From positions 32,001 through 96,000 of the forward strand of contig CAVVUS010000027.1 of NCBI GenBank assembly GCA_963751345.1: 64,000 nucleotides of DNA, given 5' to 3'. This DNA comes from an uncultured Chloroflexia bacterium (GTDB taxonomy: Bacteria; Chloroflexota; Anaerolineae; B4-G1; SLSP01). This document shows, piece after piece, positions 33,773 through 43,966 of this stretch (positions are counted from its first letter, which is position 1; each line of letters starts with the position of its first letter). The notes under the pieces are model-generated. The model did not search any database, was not told where the DNA came from, and worked only from the letters and a program-made list of their open reading frames with translations. The position numbers and the translations under genes are program-made.

Positions 33773-34375
33773 CTAAGCCTCGCCCGCCTGCACCCGTCTC
33801 GTGTGAACCCGAACGCGATGCATCCCTCCCTGGTAATCGGTAAAGAAGGACGAGATCTCGGTGTCGTCCAGATTCGCATCGGTCGTTAGCGTCGCCTGAA
33901 CCCACCGAGCGATGGGCTTGGCCACCGTCAGCGCGACAGCGTTGAGAAGCACGGCCTGGGGTAGACGCTCGGCGAACCTCAGGAGACGGCGCTTGCCCGT
34001 CCCAAGGGTGCCCAACCCCAGCACCGTTGCCAGCGTCGTGAGTGCCGCCGTCACGACGAGGTTCGTGCCACAGTTCTCGTGAATCGCCAACTCGGACTCC
34101 CCCGCCTTGAGCGCGCTCAGTGCCTCGCGGGTGGCCGGAATAACCTCCTCGGCTGTCAGCGAGGAATAGAGAGTGAAACCTACGGGCCCCGAGAATCCGA
34201 AGATCTGGGCTTTGGGATAGCGTTGGGTCAGCAGGTTGATCGTCGCGTGCTCCAATGCATGGTTGCGCTGAATGCGAAGCAGCAGTCCCTTGACCGGCGC
34301 CAGACGCTCCATGGCGCCACCGCCTCCGGCTTCCAGATTTGGCACTTCTTGTGTGGATATCTGTGTAGACACCAT
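33773..34375 (-). CDS. Conserved hypothetical protein (DUF6391-like)
   Basis: RNHALEHATINLL, LAIHENCGTNL motifs. Confidence 0.65.
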   Translation of the reverse strand: MVSTQISTQEVPNLEAGGGGAMERLAPVKGLLLRIQRNHALEHATINLLTQRYPKAQIFGFSGPVGFTLYSSLTAEEVIPATREALSALKAGESELAIHENCGTNLVVTAALTTLATVLGLGTLGTGKRRLLRFAERLPQAVLLNAVALTVAKPIARWVQATLTTDANLDDTEISSFFTDYQGGMHRVRVHTRRVQAGEA

Positions 34376-35199
34376 TTACTTCGCCCCTCCACTCTCCTGA
34401 ATGGTGCTGGTGACAGGATATGCGATCACCACCAAACGATTGGCCAGACTGCCATACGGATGGCAGGTGACAAAGGTCACCCGCTCATCCGGTGTTGCCT
34501 GGATATAGCGTGCGTTCAGCCAGCCGCACGGAAAGAGGCTGTCCGGCCTCACGCAAGATGTATTTCTCCTCGACCCGGTAGACGTACGTCTCGCCGTTCG
34601 CCCCACTAAGGAACACCTGGGCGCCGAGCTCTACCTTGTACAGATCACGAAACACTTCGCCTCTTGACGTATTGTGTCCGTTGAGAACAGTGTTGCCGGG
34701 CACTCCCAGCGGGACGGACGTGTTATGCCACCCGGCGGCACGCCAATTGGGCACGTCCCACATCGGCTCCTCCTGTCCTCCTACCTTCTCCATCGACCAG
34801 CCGATGGGCACCACGGGCGCCTCAAGGTTGATGGATGGAATCGACAGTGTGATAGGTGCCGTGCCCCGCCAGACCTCGGTCGGCGTCAGTGTTGGGGCGA
34901 GCGTAGGCTCAGGCGTGGCCGTCGCAGGGACTGCGGTCTGTGTGTTCGCCGCAAGTGTGCCCGATGGTGTTGAGGTAGGTGAGGGCTCAGCGGTCACGGT
35001 CGGCGTTGCTACGAGAAGTGGGCGTTGGCATAGCTGCGGCCGCAGCCTCGAACGGTGGGGCGGTCGAGATACGCCGGGTATAGCGGAGCGTGTCGACGTA
35101 CGTCGTAAACCTGGGTGCGATCAACACCCCACCCAGGAAGATTAGCATCCCGCCGACCACTAGTAGGAGGTTTGCGATCCTCTTTGTCGTCACTCTCAT
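34376..35199 (-). CDS. Sortase; frameshifts near 35000 and 34515
   Basis: N-terminal TM, PT-rich linker, LSIPSINLEAPV, GNTVLNGHN, TFVTCHP, catalytic Arg in NRLVVIA. Confidence 0.8.
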
Positions 35200-35232
35200 A
35201 TCCGGATCCAGCACAGCGGAAATCTGGTCCGC

Positions 35233-35793
35233 CTAGGTCTCAGGGACCTCCCGGTAGACCTCAGGCTTCAAAACACCAATGTAAGGTACATTCCTGTATT
35301 GTTCAGCATAGTCCAGTCCGTATCCCATGACAAACTCGTTAGGGACCTCAAAGCCGACGAAGTCCACCGGGACCTCGATCTCACGGCGGGAGGGCTTGTT
35401 GAGCAGGGTTGCGACCCGCAGGCTGGCCGGGTTCCGGGACGCAAAGTTGCGCAGGATGTAGTCCAGGGTATGCCCGGTATCGACGATATCCTCGACGATG
35501 ATGACGTGACGCCCCTCAATGCTGGAGGCCAGATCCAGGAGAATGCGCACCACACCGCTGCTCGTCGTGCCCTGTCCGTAACTCGAGATCTCCATGAAAT
35601 CGACCTCGTGTCGGAAGCTCAGCTGGCGCGTCAGATCCGCCAGGAACATGAAGGCGCCCTTGAGGATGCAAACAAGGATCGGCGGCTCAGCGTCGCTGTA
35701 CAGGGCATTCATCTCGGCGGCGACGGCAGCGATGCGGTTCCGGATTTGCTCTTCCGAGATCAGCACCCGCTCGACGTCATCTAGCATTGACAT
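35233..35793 (-). CDS. hpt: Hypoxanthine phosphoribosyltransferase (copy 2)
   Basis: LKGAFMFLADL, VEDIVDTGHTL, GYGLDY..YRN. Confidence 0.95.
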   Translation of the reverse strand: MSMLDDVERVLISEEQIRNRIAAVAAEMNALYSDAEPPILVCILKGAFMFLADLTRQLSFRHEVDFMEISSYGQGTTSSGVVRILLDLASSIEGRHVIIVEDIVDTGHTLDYILRNFASRNPASLRVATLLNKPSRREIEVPVDFVGFEVPNEFVMGYGLDYAEQYRNVPYIGVLKPEVYREVPET

Positions 35794-35802
35794 CGCCCCA
35801 CC

Positions 35803-36363
35803 TCACTTCTGGTACACACGCGGCTTGAGGGCGGCGATGTAGGGCAGCGTCCGGAATCGGTCGGCAAAATCCAGGCCGTACCCAACGACCCACACGTCGG
35901 GTATGGAGAAGCCGAGGTAATGAAGCGGCACGTCGACCTCGTGACGATCGGGTTTCGTAAGCAGCGCCGCCGTGCGAAGCGATGCGGGCTGTCTCGCCTC
36001 GAAAAGGCGGTAGAGATAGCGCAAGGTGTACCCTGTGTCCAGGATATCCTCTACAATGAGGATGTGGCGCCCGGCGACGTCGGCACGGGTATCCATAATC
36101 AGCCGCACGGCACCACTACTCTCCGCCTTGTCGGAGTAACTGGAGAGTGCGATGAAATCGACGCGATGGGGCACGGTCAGCCGGCGCGCCAGGTCCGCGA
36201 GGAAAATGAAGGACCCCTTGAGAACCCCTATGAGTAGGAAGTCCTCATTGCGGATCCCCTTGTAATCCGCACTGATGTGGTCGGCCATCTCCTGAACACG
36301 ATTCTGGATGGTCGGTTCATCCAACAAGACGTAGTCAACGGAATCAGGAATCGGCACACTCAT
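35803..36363 (-). CDS. hpt: Hypoxanthine phosphoribosyltransferase (copy 1)
   Basis: LKGSFIFLADL, VEDILDTGYTL, VVGYGLD. Confidence 0.95.
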   Translation of the reverse strand: MSVPIPDSVDYVLLDEPTIQNRVQEMADHISADYKGIRNEDFLLIGVLKGSFIFLADLARRLTVPHRVDFIALSSYSDKAESSGAVRLIMDTRADVAGRHILIVEDILDTGYTLRYLYRLFEARQPASLRTAALLTKPDRHEVDVPLHYLGFSIPDVWVVGYGLDFADRFRTLPYIAALKPRVYQK

Positions 36364-36372
36364 TGCAGCTCC

Positions 36373-36960
36373 CTAGCTGGTCGTTCGTCGAGGCACTTCG
36401 TGGTGCGCGCGACAGCGCGCTTCGTACACTTCACTCGCGCCCACGAGGACGATAGGATCCTCGTAGCACGCAGGTTGTCCCTCAATCAGGCGCTGCGTCC
36501 GGCTCGCCGGATGCCCGCAGACGACGCAGATGGCCTGGAGTTTGTCCACTCGCTCTGCAATGGCCAGTAACTGAGGGATCGGACCGAAGGGGACACCGCG
36601 GAAGTCCATATCCAGCCCCGCGCAGATCACGCGTTTCCCATCTTCAGCGAGTTCGTTGCACAACGCGACGATCTCCGGCTCGAAGAACTGGACTTCGTCG
36701 ATCGCGACCACATCCGCAAGCTCATCGAGATTCCGGCGGATGTCGTCGCATCCGTCCACAGGGATTGCATCGGCGTGAAGTCCGTTGTGGGACGCGATCG
36801 CCTTATGGAAGTATCGGGTATCTACGGATGGTTTGAAGACCTGGACCTGCTGGCGTGCGATCTCGGCCCGGCGCAGACGGCGAATCAGCTCCTCCGTCTT
36901 GCCGCTGAACATACTGCCGCAAATGACCTCAATCCACCCCGAATTTGCGTCTGTCAGCAT
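36373..36960 (-). CDS. tdk: Thymidine kinase
   Basis: [26 protein letters not shown], zinc-site cysteines, YEARCR. Confidence 0.95.
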   Translation of the reverse strand: MLTDANSGWIEVICGSMFSGKTEELIRRLRRAEIARQQVQVFKPSVDTRYFHKAIASHNGLHADAIPVDGCDDIRRNLDELADVVAIDEVQFFEPEIVALCNELAEDGKRVICAGLDMDFRGVPFGPIPQLLAIAERVDKLQAICVVCGHPASRTQRLIEGQPACYEDPIVLVGASEVYEARCRAHHEVPRRTTS

Positions 36961-36983
36961 GTCACACTCCCGGCGCGTAGAAT

Positions 36984-37012
36984 GAAACAAGGCAGGGGAA
37001 TGTCCCCTGCCT
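36984..37012 (-). terminator. Rho-independent terminator of the rplU-rpmA-rpmE operon
   Basis: AGGCAGGGGA-3 nt loop-TCCCCTGCCT; TGTTTC follows on the minus strand. Confidence 0.65.
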
Positions 37013-37025
37013 CGCTTTTAGGTCT

Positions 37026-37558
37026 CTACGCGGCTTCCGCCGCTTCGGCTTCTTCTGCGCCCCGGCTTCTGAGAGTGTCTCAGCGGCACCGGAGACGGGT
37101 TCATCACCAGGCAGAACAAACCCGCGTGAGCGGAGTCCTCGCTTCGTATCGGCAAGTGCCTTGAGCCCCACACCCTTGATCTCGGTGAGACCTTCGTCAC
37201 CCTTCTCCGCGAGAATATCCAGAATGTCGCCGACCTTCTCAATCCCGGCTTCCGTCAGGAGATTCTCGAGGCGTGTGCCCAACTCCAGCGACTCAATGGA
37301 CAGCTCGGGCGAGGTTCTGGACGCCTTGCGGCGCTCCTCATCCTGAATCGCTTCCTCACGAGCGCGCAGACGCCGCATAAAGCGATCCACCTGGCCCTCA
37401 GTGTCAACGATACGCTGCTCACCGGTGTAGTAGGGGTGGCATTCCGAACAAACGTCCGTTCGAATCTCGGGCACCGTCGCACCGACGGTCCAGGAATTAC
37501 CGCAAGCACAGATGACCTGCGCCTCAGGATACCACTTCGGATGAAGGTCGGGCTTCAT
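37026..37558 (-). CDS. rpmE: 50S ribosomal protein bL31 (zinc type) with C-terminal RNAP alpha-CTD-like extension; probable indel near 37060
   Basis: [33 protein letters not shown], then about 60 aa of HhH domain in the same frame. Acidic tail [10 protein letters not shown] ends at 37026 after a shift. Confidence 0.9.
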
Positions 37559-37815
37559 GCTGCCACCGCCAATTCCGCAATCACGTTAACACGCTTGCGC
37601 CCATGAACAACGTCATACTTGACGATGCCGTCGACCAGCGAGTAGAGGGTAAAGTCCTTGCCCAGTCCAACATTCGTGCCCGCCTTAAGATGTTCGCCAA
37701 CCTGGCGCACCAAGATATTCCCGGCACGAACGCGTTCGCCACCATACTTCTTGACACCACGGCGCTTGGCGTTGCTGTCGCGACCGTTAGTACCTGTTGC
37801 CTTCTTGCGTGCCAT
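37555..37815 (-). CDS. rpmA: 50S ribosomal protein bL27
   Basis: [31 protein letters not shown]. Confidence 0.95.
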   Translation of the reverse strand: MARKKATGTNGRDSNAKRRGVKKYGGERVRAGNILVRQVGEHLKAGTNVGLGKDFTLYSLVDGIVKYDVVHGRKRVNVIAELAVAA

Positions 37816-37817
37816 CG

Positions 37818-38135
37818 CTATGCTCCTTTTGAAATCTCGTCAATACGCAAGCGCATGTAGGTTTGACGATGGCCCATGCGACGTCGGTAGCGCTCTTTTG
37901 GCTTGTACTTGAAGATGCGAATCTTCGGGCCCCGGAATTCCTCCAGGACGGTCGCACGGACCGATGCTCCCTCAACGGTAGGATGCCCCACCGCAACGCC
38001 TTCGTCGTCAGCCACCAGATAGACCTCGCCCAGCTCGACCTGTGCGCCCACCTCGTAAGGGAGACGCTCTACGATGAGTTCGTCCCCAACGGATGCTTTG
38101 TACTGATGTGCCCCGGTCTTGATAACTGCGTACAC
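37818..38135 (-). CDS. rplU: 50S ribosomal protein bL21
   Basis: GTG start (M)[12 protein letters not shown] with GGAGG RBS; [17 protein letters not shown]. Confidence 0.95.
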   Translation of the reverse strand: MYAVIKTGAHQYKASVGDELIVERLPYEVGAQVELGEVYLVADDEGVAVGHPTVEGASVRATVLEEFRGPKIRIFKYKPKERYRRRMGHRQTYMRLRIDEISKGA

Positions 38136-38193
38136 GTCTTTCCTCCCTAATACACAATAGGAGCCGAGCCCTCGCAGGGTCGGCTGCTCAGTG

Positions 38194-38221
38194 ATTATAT
38201 CCGGGGCGAACGATTTGTCAA
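38194..38221 (-). promoter_or_regulatory. Sigma70 promoter of the rplU operon
   Basis: Minus strand TTGACA-16 bp-TATAAT. Confidence 0.8.
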
Positions 38222-38234
38222 CCAAACTTTCCCG

Positions 38235-38721
38235 TCAGGTTGAGTTATGCTGCCCCACATCCGCGATGACACGGTCAATCTGAGACTTGATGCCGTCCCA
38301 GTGCGTTCCCTTCCAGTAGATTCTACCACATTCGGAGCACTGGTGAAACTCGCGCTGAGTCTGGGCCACGTAGGGCGGCACGACCGCCGCGGCGGCCTCC
38401 CACGTCAGCGGCTCAAGAATCCCGTTACATTCCATACACCGGGGCGCCCCCACGGGCGGCGACATGCCCACCTCGAGTCAAGACCTGTGCGAGCTGTTCC
38501 GGCAGCGACTGAGACGCGATCAGGATGGACACTACCCCTCTCCTGCGAGCCAGCTCCCGGTCTCGGGTCAAAAGGATCCGTTCCTCTGCCCGGGCACGGT
38601 ACGCGATCATGGCATCATCGCCCTGGAGATAGCGTGTGTCGAATCCCAAGATGCGCAGCCACCGTGCGAGGCTGCCCAGCATTGCGTCCGCCAGGAACTT
38701 TGGGGCTTCGGATTCGGTCAT
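38235..38721 (-). CDS. Mut7-C RNase (PIN-like) domain protein; frameshift near 38470
   Basis: FLADAMLGSLARWLRILGFD, ILLTRDREL, RCMECN, CSECGRIYWKGTHW. Confidence 0.85.
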
Positions 38722-38839
38722 CACTTCCTCCCTGCTGACTAACCCTGGTATGTTAAGCTCGGGAGACGAACACGCAAGGTTGGCACCCGCAAATCGTTTG
38801 CTTTTCCCCTGTTTCGCGGTAGAAATCATAAAATCCCCC

Positions 38840-38868
38840 TTGCGATAGAATATCCGTTCTGGTATCAT
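38840..38868 (+). promoter_or_regulatory. radA promoter with a one-mismatch LexA box in the spacer
   Basis: TTGCGA-17 bp-TATCAT; AGAAT-ATCC-GTTCT at 38847-38860. Confidence 0.65.
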
Positions 38869-38888
38869 GGTCTAGAGAGAGTGAGTCT

Positions 38889-40268
38889 ATGCCGAAACAG
38901 GATACCCGTTGGGTCTGCCAGCAATGCAATTGGAGCTTCGTCCGACATATGGGCAAGTGCCCCAATTGTGGCGCGTGGGACAGCCTGGTCGAGACCGTGA
39001 TCGAGCCCGAGCCCGGCGCAGCGAGCGCGGTCGCTCCACCCTATGGGGTACAAAGCCCCCAACCTCTCAGTCAGGTGGATATCGGGTCGGTGCCACGCAT
39101 ACCGGTCCCGTTGGGCGAATTCTCACGGGTTCTGGGGGGCGGCCTGGTGCCAGGTTCCATTGTACTGATTGGAGGCGAGCCCGGCATCGGTAAGTCGACT
39201 CTGCTGCTCCAGGTTGCTGCGAGCCTGGGAGACGCCCGGCTGCCGGTGCTCTACGTATCCGGGGAGGAATCGCCCCAGCAGATACGGATGCGAGCCGACC
39301 GGCTTGGGATCGAGGGCGACCCGTTACATCTGCTGTCCGAGACGGAGGTCGGCACAATCCTGGCCCACGCTGACGCGATGCATCCCAACCTCCGGGCGCT
39401 CGTGATCGACTCCATCCAGACGATGCACACGGAGGATCTCACCTCCTCTTCAGGAAACGTCAGCCAGGTGCGCGAATCGGCCAGCCGATTCCAGCGCTGG
39501 GCAAAGCTGCGTGGCATCCCGGTCTTCATCGTGGGTCACGTGACAAAGCAGGGCTCCATCGCAGGCCCCAAGGTACTGGAGCACATTGTCGACACCGTGC
39601 TCTATCTCGAGGGAGATCCGTTTCACGCATATCGCCTGCTGCGCAGCGTGAAGAACCGCTTTGGCGCCACCTCAGAGGTGGGCGTCTTTGAGATGCAGGC
39701 TCGCGGTATGATCGAGGTCGAGAACCCATCGGAGGCCTTCCTCGCCGAACGGATGGTCAACGTTCCCGGCTCAGCAGTGGCCATCACCATTGAGGGCACA
39801 CGTCCTCTGCTGGTGGAAGTTCAGGCGCTGGCCAGCCCCACGGCATTCGGAAATCCAAGGCGCACCGCCAATGGCCTGGACTTCAACCGCCTGCTGCTGA
39901 CCATCGCGGTATTGACCCGTCGCGTTGGCCTGAACCTCGGCGAGCAAGACATCTTTGCGAACGTCGTGGGTGGGCTGCAAGTGGAGGAACCCGCGGTGGA
40001 TCTCGCGGTCGTTCTGGCCCTTACCTCCAGTCTGCGGGATCAGCCGATTCCTGCGGACGTGGCCCTGGTCGGGGAGGTTGGGCTTTCCGGCGAGGTCCGT
40101 TCCGTCGGCCAGCTCGAACCGCGGCTTAACGAGGCAGCGCGGTTGGGGTTCAGCAAGGCTATCATTCCCAGGCGACTTGGGCGCACCGAGCTCACTCTGC
40201 CAAGGGGTCTGGAGGCGATCCAGGTGCGTTCAGTCCGAGAGGCAATTGGGGTCGCACTGCCAAAGTGG
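38889..40268 (+). CDS. radA: DNA repair protein RadA/Sms
   Basis: Zinc finger CQQC..CPNC, GEPGIGKSTLLLQ, KNRFG, Lon-like C-terminus. The expected stop reads TGG, in frame with ftsK. Confidence 0.95.
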
Positions 40269-40292
40269 CTCCCGCAGCGAAGCGAGGAGAGC

Positions 40293-42775
40293 ATGACGCG
40301 GCGCCGTTCTTCGTCATCGCAGTCCGGCAAGCGCACGTCCAACCGGAGTCGTACGCGCCGCAAACCTGCTCCTGGGCCGACCCTGTGGCAGCGTCTCAGC
40401 AAGGACCAGAAACTGGATATCCTGGGCTGGGGACTGGTCGTGCTCTCGGCGCTGACGATCCTCAGTATGGTGTCTGCCCAGCAAGGTGTGCTGACGCAGT
40501 GGTGGATCACGCTACTGAAGCGCGTCTTCGGCTGGGGGCGCTTTGCCGTACCAGTCTTTCTCGGCGCGCTCGGGCTCTGGCTGGTGCTGCGCCATTTCGG
40601 GGATCGTATCCCCACGGCACACCCGGGACAGATCCTCGGGGTTGTGCTGGGCTTCTTCGTCCTCTTGACCACACTGCACTTCGCGGTCAGCCTCGTCTGG
40701 CCCGAGGTCGACATACTGAGCCTCGGGCGCGCAGGCGTTGGTGGAGGTCTACTGGGCGCCGTACTCTTGGGCGCCGGCATCAAGTGGCTTGGGCCGGCTG
40801 GGCTCGTCTTCGCACTCTTGATCGGCTGGATTGCCGTCCTCGCCCTCACGGCTGCCGTTTCCCCCGCCGAAGCGGTGCGTACGATTGCCGAGTGGCGCGC
40901 CAGGCGCGAGGCGGAACGATCGGGCGCGCGAAGAGGCACAGGCCGCCAGGACATTTCCGAGAAGCAGATTCCCACGGAACTCCTTGGGTCGGAGGATGGC
41001 GACTTCGCAGACATTGGCCCGGTGATCATCGGTGGTCCCGGCCGGCCCGCCCCCACGCCCGCCGACCGCGCGAGGGACAGCGATGGGAGACGGATGCGGC
41101 GGCGCGCACCCCGCCTACCATCAACGTTGCGTCTCGCCCCAGTAACGGCAACGGCGAAACACATCCGAGTGGCGAGATCGACCTGGCTCCCCTCGCAGTA
41201 GGGACCCAGACCTGGCGGCTGCCCGTGATGTCTGACATCCTGATAGAGGGCAGCGAACAATCATACAGCGAAGATCTGATTCGCAAGCAGGTCCACATCA
41301 TCGAGGACACGTTGGCCAGCCTGGGTGCGCCGGTCCGGGTTAGCGAGATCAACCAAGGACCCGTGGTCACGCAGTTCGGGGCCGAGCCCCTCTTCATTCC
41401 CGGTCGTGGTGGCAAGAGCACGAAGGTCAAGGTCAGCAAGATCGTGAATCTTGCCGATGACCTGGCGCTCGCGCTATCTGCCAGAAGCATCCGTATCGAG
41501 GCGCCGATTCCGGGCAAGGGGTTGGTCGGTATCGAGGTCCCCAATGAGGAGGCAGCAGTCGTCGCGCTGCGCGACGTTATGGATTCGGACAGTTTCGCCG
41601 GTCTGAAGGGGCATCTGCGCCTCGGTCTGGGTCAGGATGTTTCGGGACAGGCAGTAGCTGCCGACCTGCGGGCGATGCCGCACCTCCTGATCGCCGGCGC
41701 GACCGGTGCCGGGAAGTCCGTCTGCGTGAACGCCATCATCACGGCTCTTCTGCTGCAGAATTCACCCGACACCCTGCGCCTCATCCTCGTCGATCCGAAA
41801 CGCGTTGAACTCACGCAGTACAACGGCATCCCACACCTTCTGGCACCGGTCATCGCGGACGTAGATCGCGTTGTGCCGACGCTGCGCTGGGTCATGAAGG
41901 AAATGGACAGCCGTTACCGGCGCTTTGCCAGTGAGGGTGCGCGCAACATCGACGACTACAATCGCCGAGTCAGGAAGAGCGGATCACAGCTCGTTATCCC
42001 GTACATCGCCGTCCTCATCGATGAGCTCGCCGATCTGATGATGCAGGCTCCCGATGAGGCGGAACGCGTGATCTGCCGTCTCGCCCAGATGGCGCGGGCA
42101 ACGGGCATCCACCTCATTATTGCGACCCAACGACCGAGCGTTGACGTGGTCACCGGCTTGATCAAGGCCAATTTTCCCGCACGCATCGCGTTCGCAGTCG
42201 CCTCGTCTGTCGACTCTCGCGTCATCCTGGACGTACCGGGCGCAGAGCGGCTGCTGGGACGCGGCGATATGTTGTTCGTCCCCCCTGACGTCAGCCAGCC
42301 CCTGAGACTTCAGGGCGCATTCGTCTCCGACCAGGAAATAGAGACTCTGATCAGGTTCTGGCGCACGGCCGTCGAGCCCGAGGGAATCAGCTCGGCCCCG
42401 GGGCGAGGTCGCGAGACGCCCACGGGCTCGAGGTCGATGCGGCGGGCCTTCAAGAGATTGCCGCCACCCAGCCGCAGCTCTTCCCGACTTTCGAAGAGCC
42501 CACGTCGTCGGAATTCGAGTTCGACGACGAGCTGGTGCCTGCGTGTGTGGAAGTCTTCCTCGCAGAGAATCGGGCTTCGACATCGCTCTTGCAGCGCCGG
42601 CTGCGCATCGGCTATACGCGTGCGGCGAGGCTGATGGAGCTGCTGGAGGATCTGGGCATCGTGGCCGAAGAGATGAAAGGGCAGTCTCGAAAGGTCAACC
42701 GCGTTGTCGCGGAGGAGCTATTGCGCTCGATCAACACCGGCGAGACAGCCCCCTCCGAGAGTCCCGCCGTTCTGA
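40293..42775 (+). CDS. ftsK: DNA translocase FtsK (TM domain, motor, gamma domain); frameshifts near 41090 and 42450-42530, end approximate
   Basis: GAGGAG RBS + ATG 40293; TM segments; MPHLLIAGATGAGKS, IDELADLMM, ATQRPSVDV; gamma domain ASTSLLQRRLRIGYTRAARL. Confidence 0.9.
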
Positions 42776-42798
42776 AGCGCCTATCGGAAGGATTGACG

Positions 42799-43215
42799 AT
42801 GTCTTCTGAGCACATCCCGCCCGCCCCTCCTTCCCCGTCCGAAGGACCGCCCCCCTCGGAGAAGGACCGGGCAAGGGGTCCGCGCTTCTGGCAGACGGTA
42901 GGTGTGGTATTGGGCGCCGACCTTGTGATCACCCTCCTCTATACGCTGATCAGCTCCGGCTTTTCGGACAGAGTCTGGTCCGATGCGCTCTGTGTCTCCG
43001 CCATCATTCTGAGCGTGGCGAGTGTGCTCCCCTTCCTGCTGGATGCCGGACGCGGCGTCACGATGATCGGGAAGATGCGGGGGAGTGACGAACAACGCCA
43101 CGCCGCATGGGAAGAAGAGCGCCGCAAGCGTGAGAAGGGCATGACGATCACCTTTGCCCTATTCTTGGCCGCTCTACTCATCGGGCTGGCCAGCGTTGCA
43201 GCCGGTCTCTTCTAG
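42799..43215 (+). CDS. Hypothetical membrane protein (about 3 TM)
   Basis: GGAAGGA RBS + ATG 42799; hydrophobic segments. Confidence 0.6.
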   Translation: MSSEHIPPAPPSPSEGPPPSEKDRARGPRFWQTVGVVLGADLVITLLYTLISSGFSDRVWSDALCVSAIILSVASVLPFLLDAGRGVTMIGKMRGSDEQRHAAWEEERRKREKGMTITFALFLAALLIGLASVAAGLF

Positions 43216-43222
43216 ATCATCG

Positions 43223-43963
43223 ATGTCTGTCCCCCCGATTCCTCTTCAGACCATCAAGGGTTGGTTCTTCGACCTCGACGGAACGCTGATGGACACCGAT
43301 GACCAGGCCGTGGACAGCCTGGCCGGCAAGCTTCGCCTGATTGGCGATCAGCGCGCGCAAAAGCTCGCGCGCCGCCTGGTCATGATGGGTGAAACGCCGA
43401 TGAACCGCATGCTCACAATGGCTGATATCGTCGGACTCGATCGCCAGGTTCTCGCGCTGCGGAGACGCCTCAGTATGCAGGTGAAACCCACTTTCCGAAT
43501 CGTCAAGGGAGTCAAACCCCTTCTTGAGCAATTGGCGAGGCTGGGTAACCTTGCGGTGGTCTCTACACGACTGCGGCAGGACGCAGCCCTCTTTCTTCGC
43601 CAGCACGAACTCGAGTCGATCTTTCCCCTGTGCGTGACCCAGGAAACGACACCGCGGCTCAAGCCGCACCCGCAGCCCGTGGCCTACGCGGTCCACCACT
43701 TCGGTCTGGAGCCGTCGGACTGCGTCATGGTGGGAGATACTCCCGTGGATATGCTCGCCGCCCGCCGTGCGGGTGCATGGGCGATCGGCGTTCTGTGTGG
43801 ATTCGGGGAGGAAGTCGAACTCCGGCGTGCCGGCGCCCATCTCATCCTCACCTCTACAGCGGAGCTCCTACCCCTGGTCGCCCGACAGCGGCTCGGTCCC
43901 ACAATCGTAGAGAGCGGCCTCTCAGAATTGTGGAGGCGGGGCGGCGGCTCGTCTAGAGCGTGA
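43223..43963 (+). CDS. HAD-family hydrolase (phosphoglycolate phosphatase-like)
   Basis: FDLDGTLMD, KPHP, MVGDTPVD motifs. Confidence 0.85.
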   Translation: MSVPPIPLQTIKGWFFDLDGTLMDTDDQAVDSLAGKLRLIGDQRAQKLARRLVMMGETPMNRMLTMADIVGLDRQVLALRRRLSMQVKPTFRIVKGVKPLLEQLARLGNLAVVSTRLRQDAALFLRQHELESIFPLCVTQETTPRLKPHPQPVAYAVHHFGLEPSDCVMVGDTPVDMLAARRAGAWAIGVLCGFGEEVELRRAGAHLILTSTAELLPLVARQRLGPTIVESGLSELWRRGGGSSRA

Positions 43964-43966
43964 TGC

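Noticed and set aside
38889-41201. RadA-FtsK fusion (770-aa ORF)
   Set aside because: ftsK has its own GAGGAG RBS and ATG at 40293. TGG at 40266 is one base from a stop where RadA normally ends, so it is likely an error in this noisy assembly; reads needed.
42535-43215. FtsK gamma domain fused to a membrane protein
   Set aside because: The downstream gene has its own RBS and ATG (42799); an indel near the ftsK end explains it.
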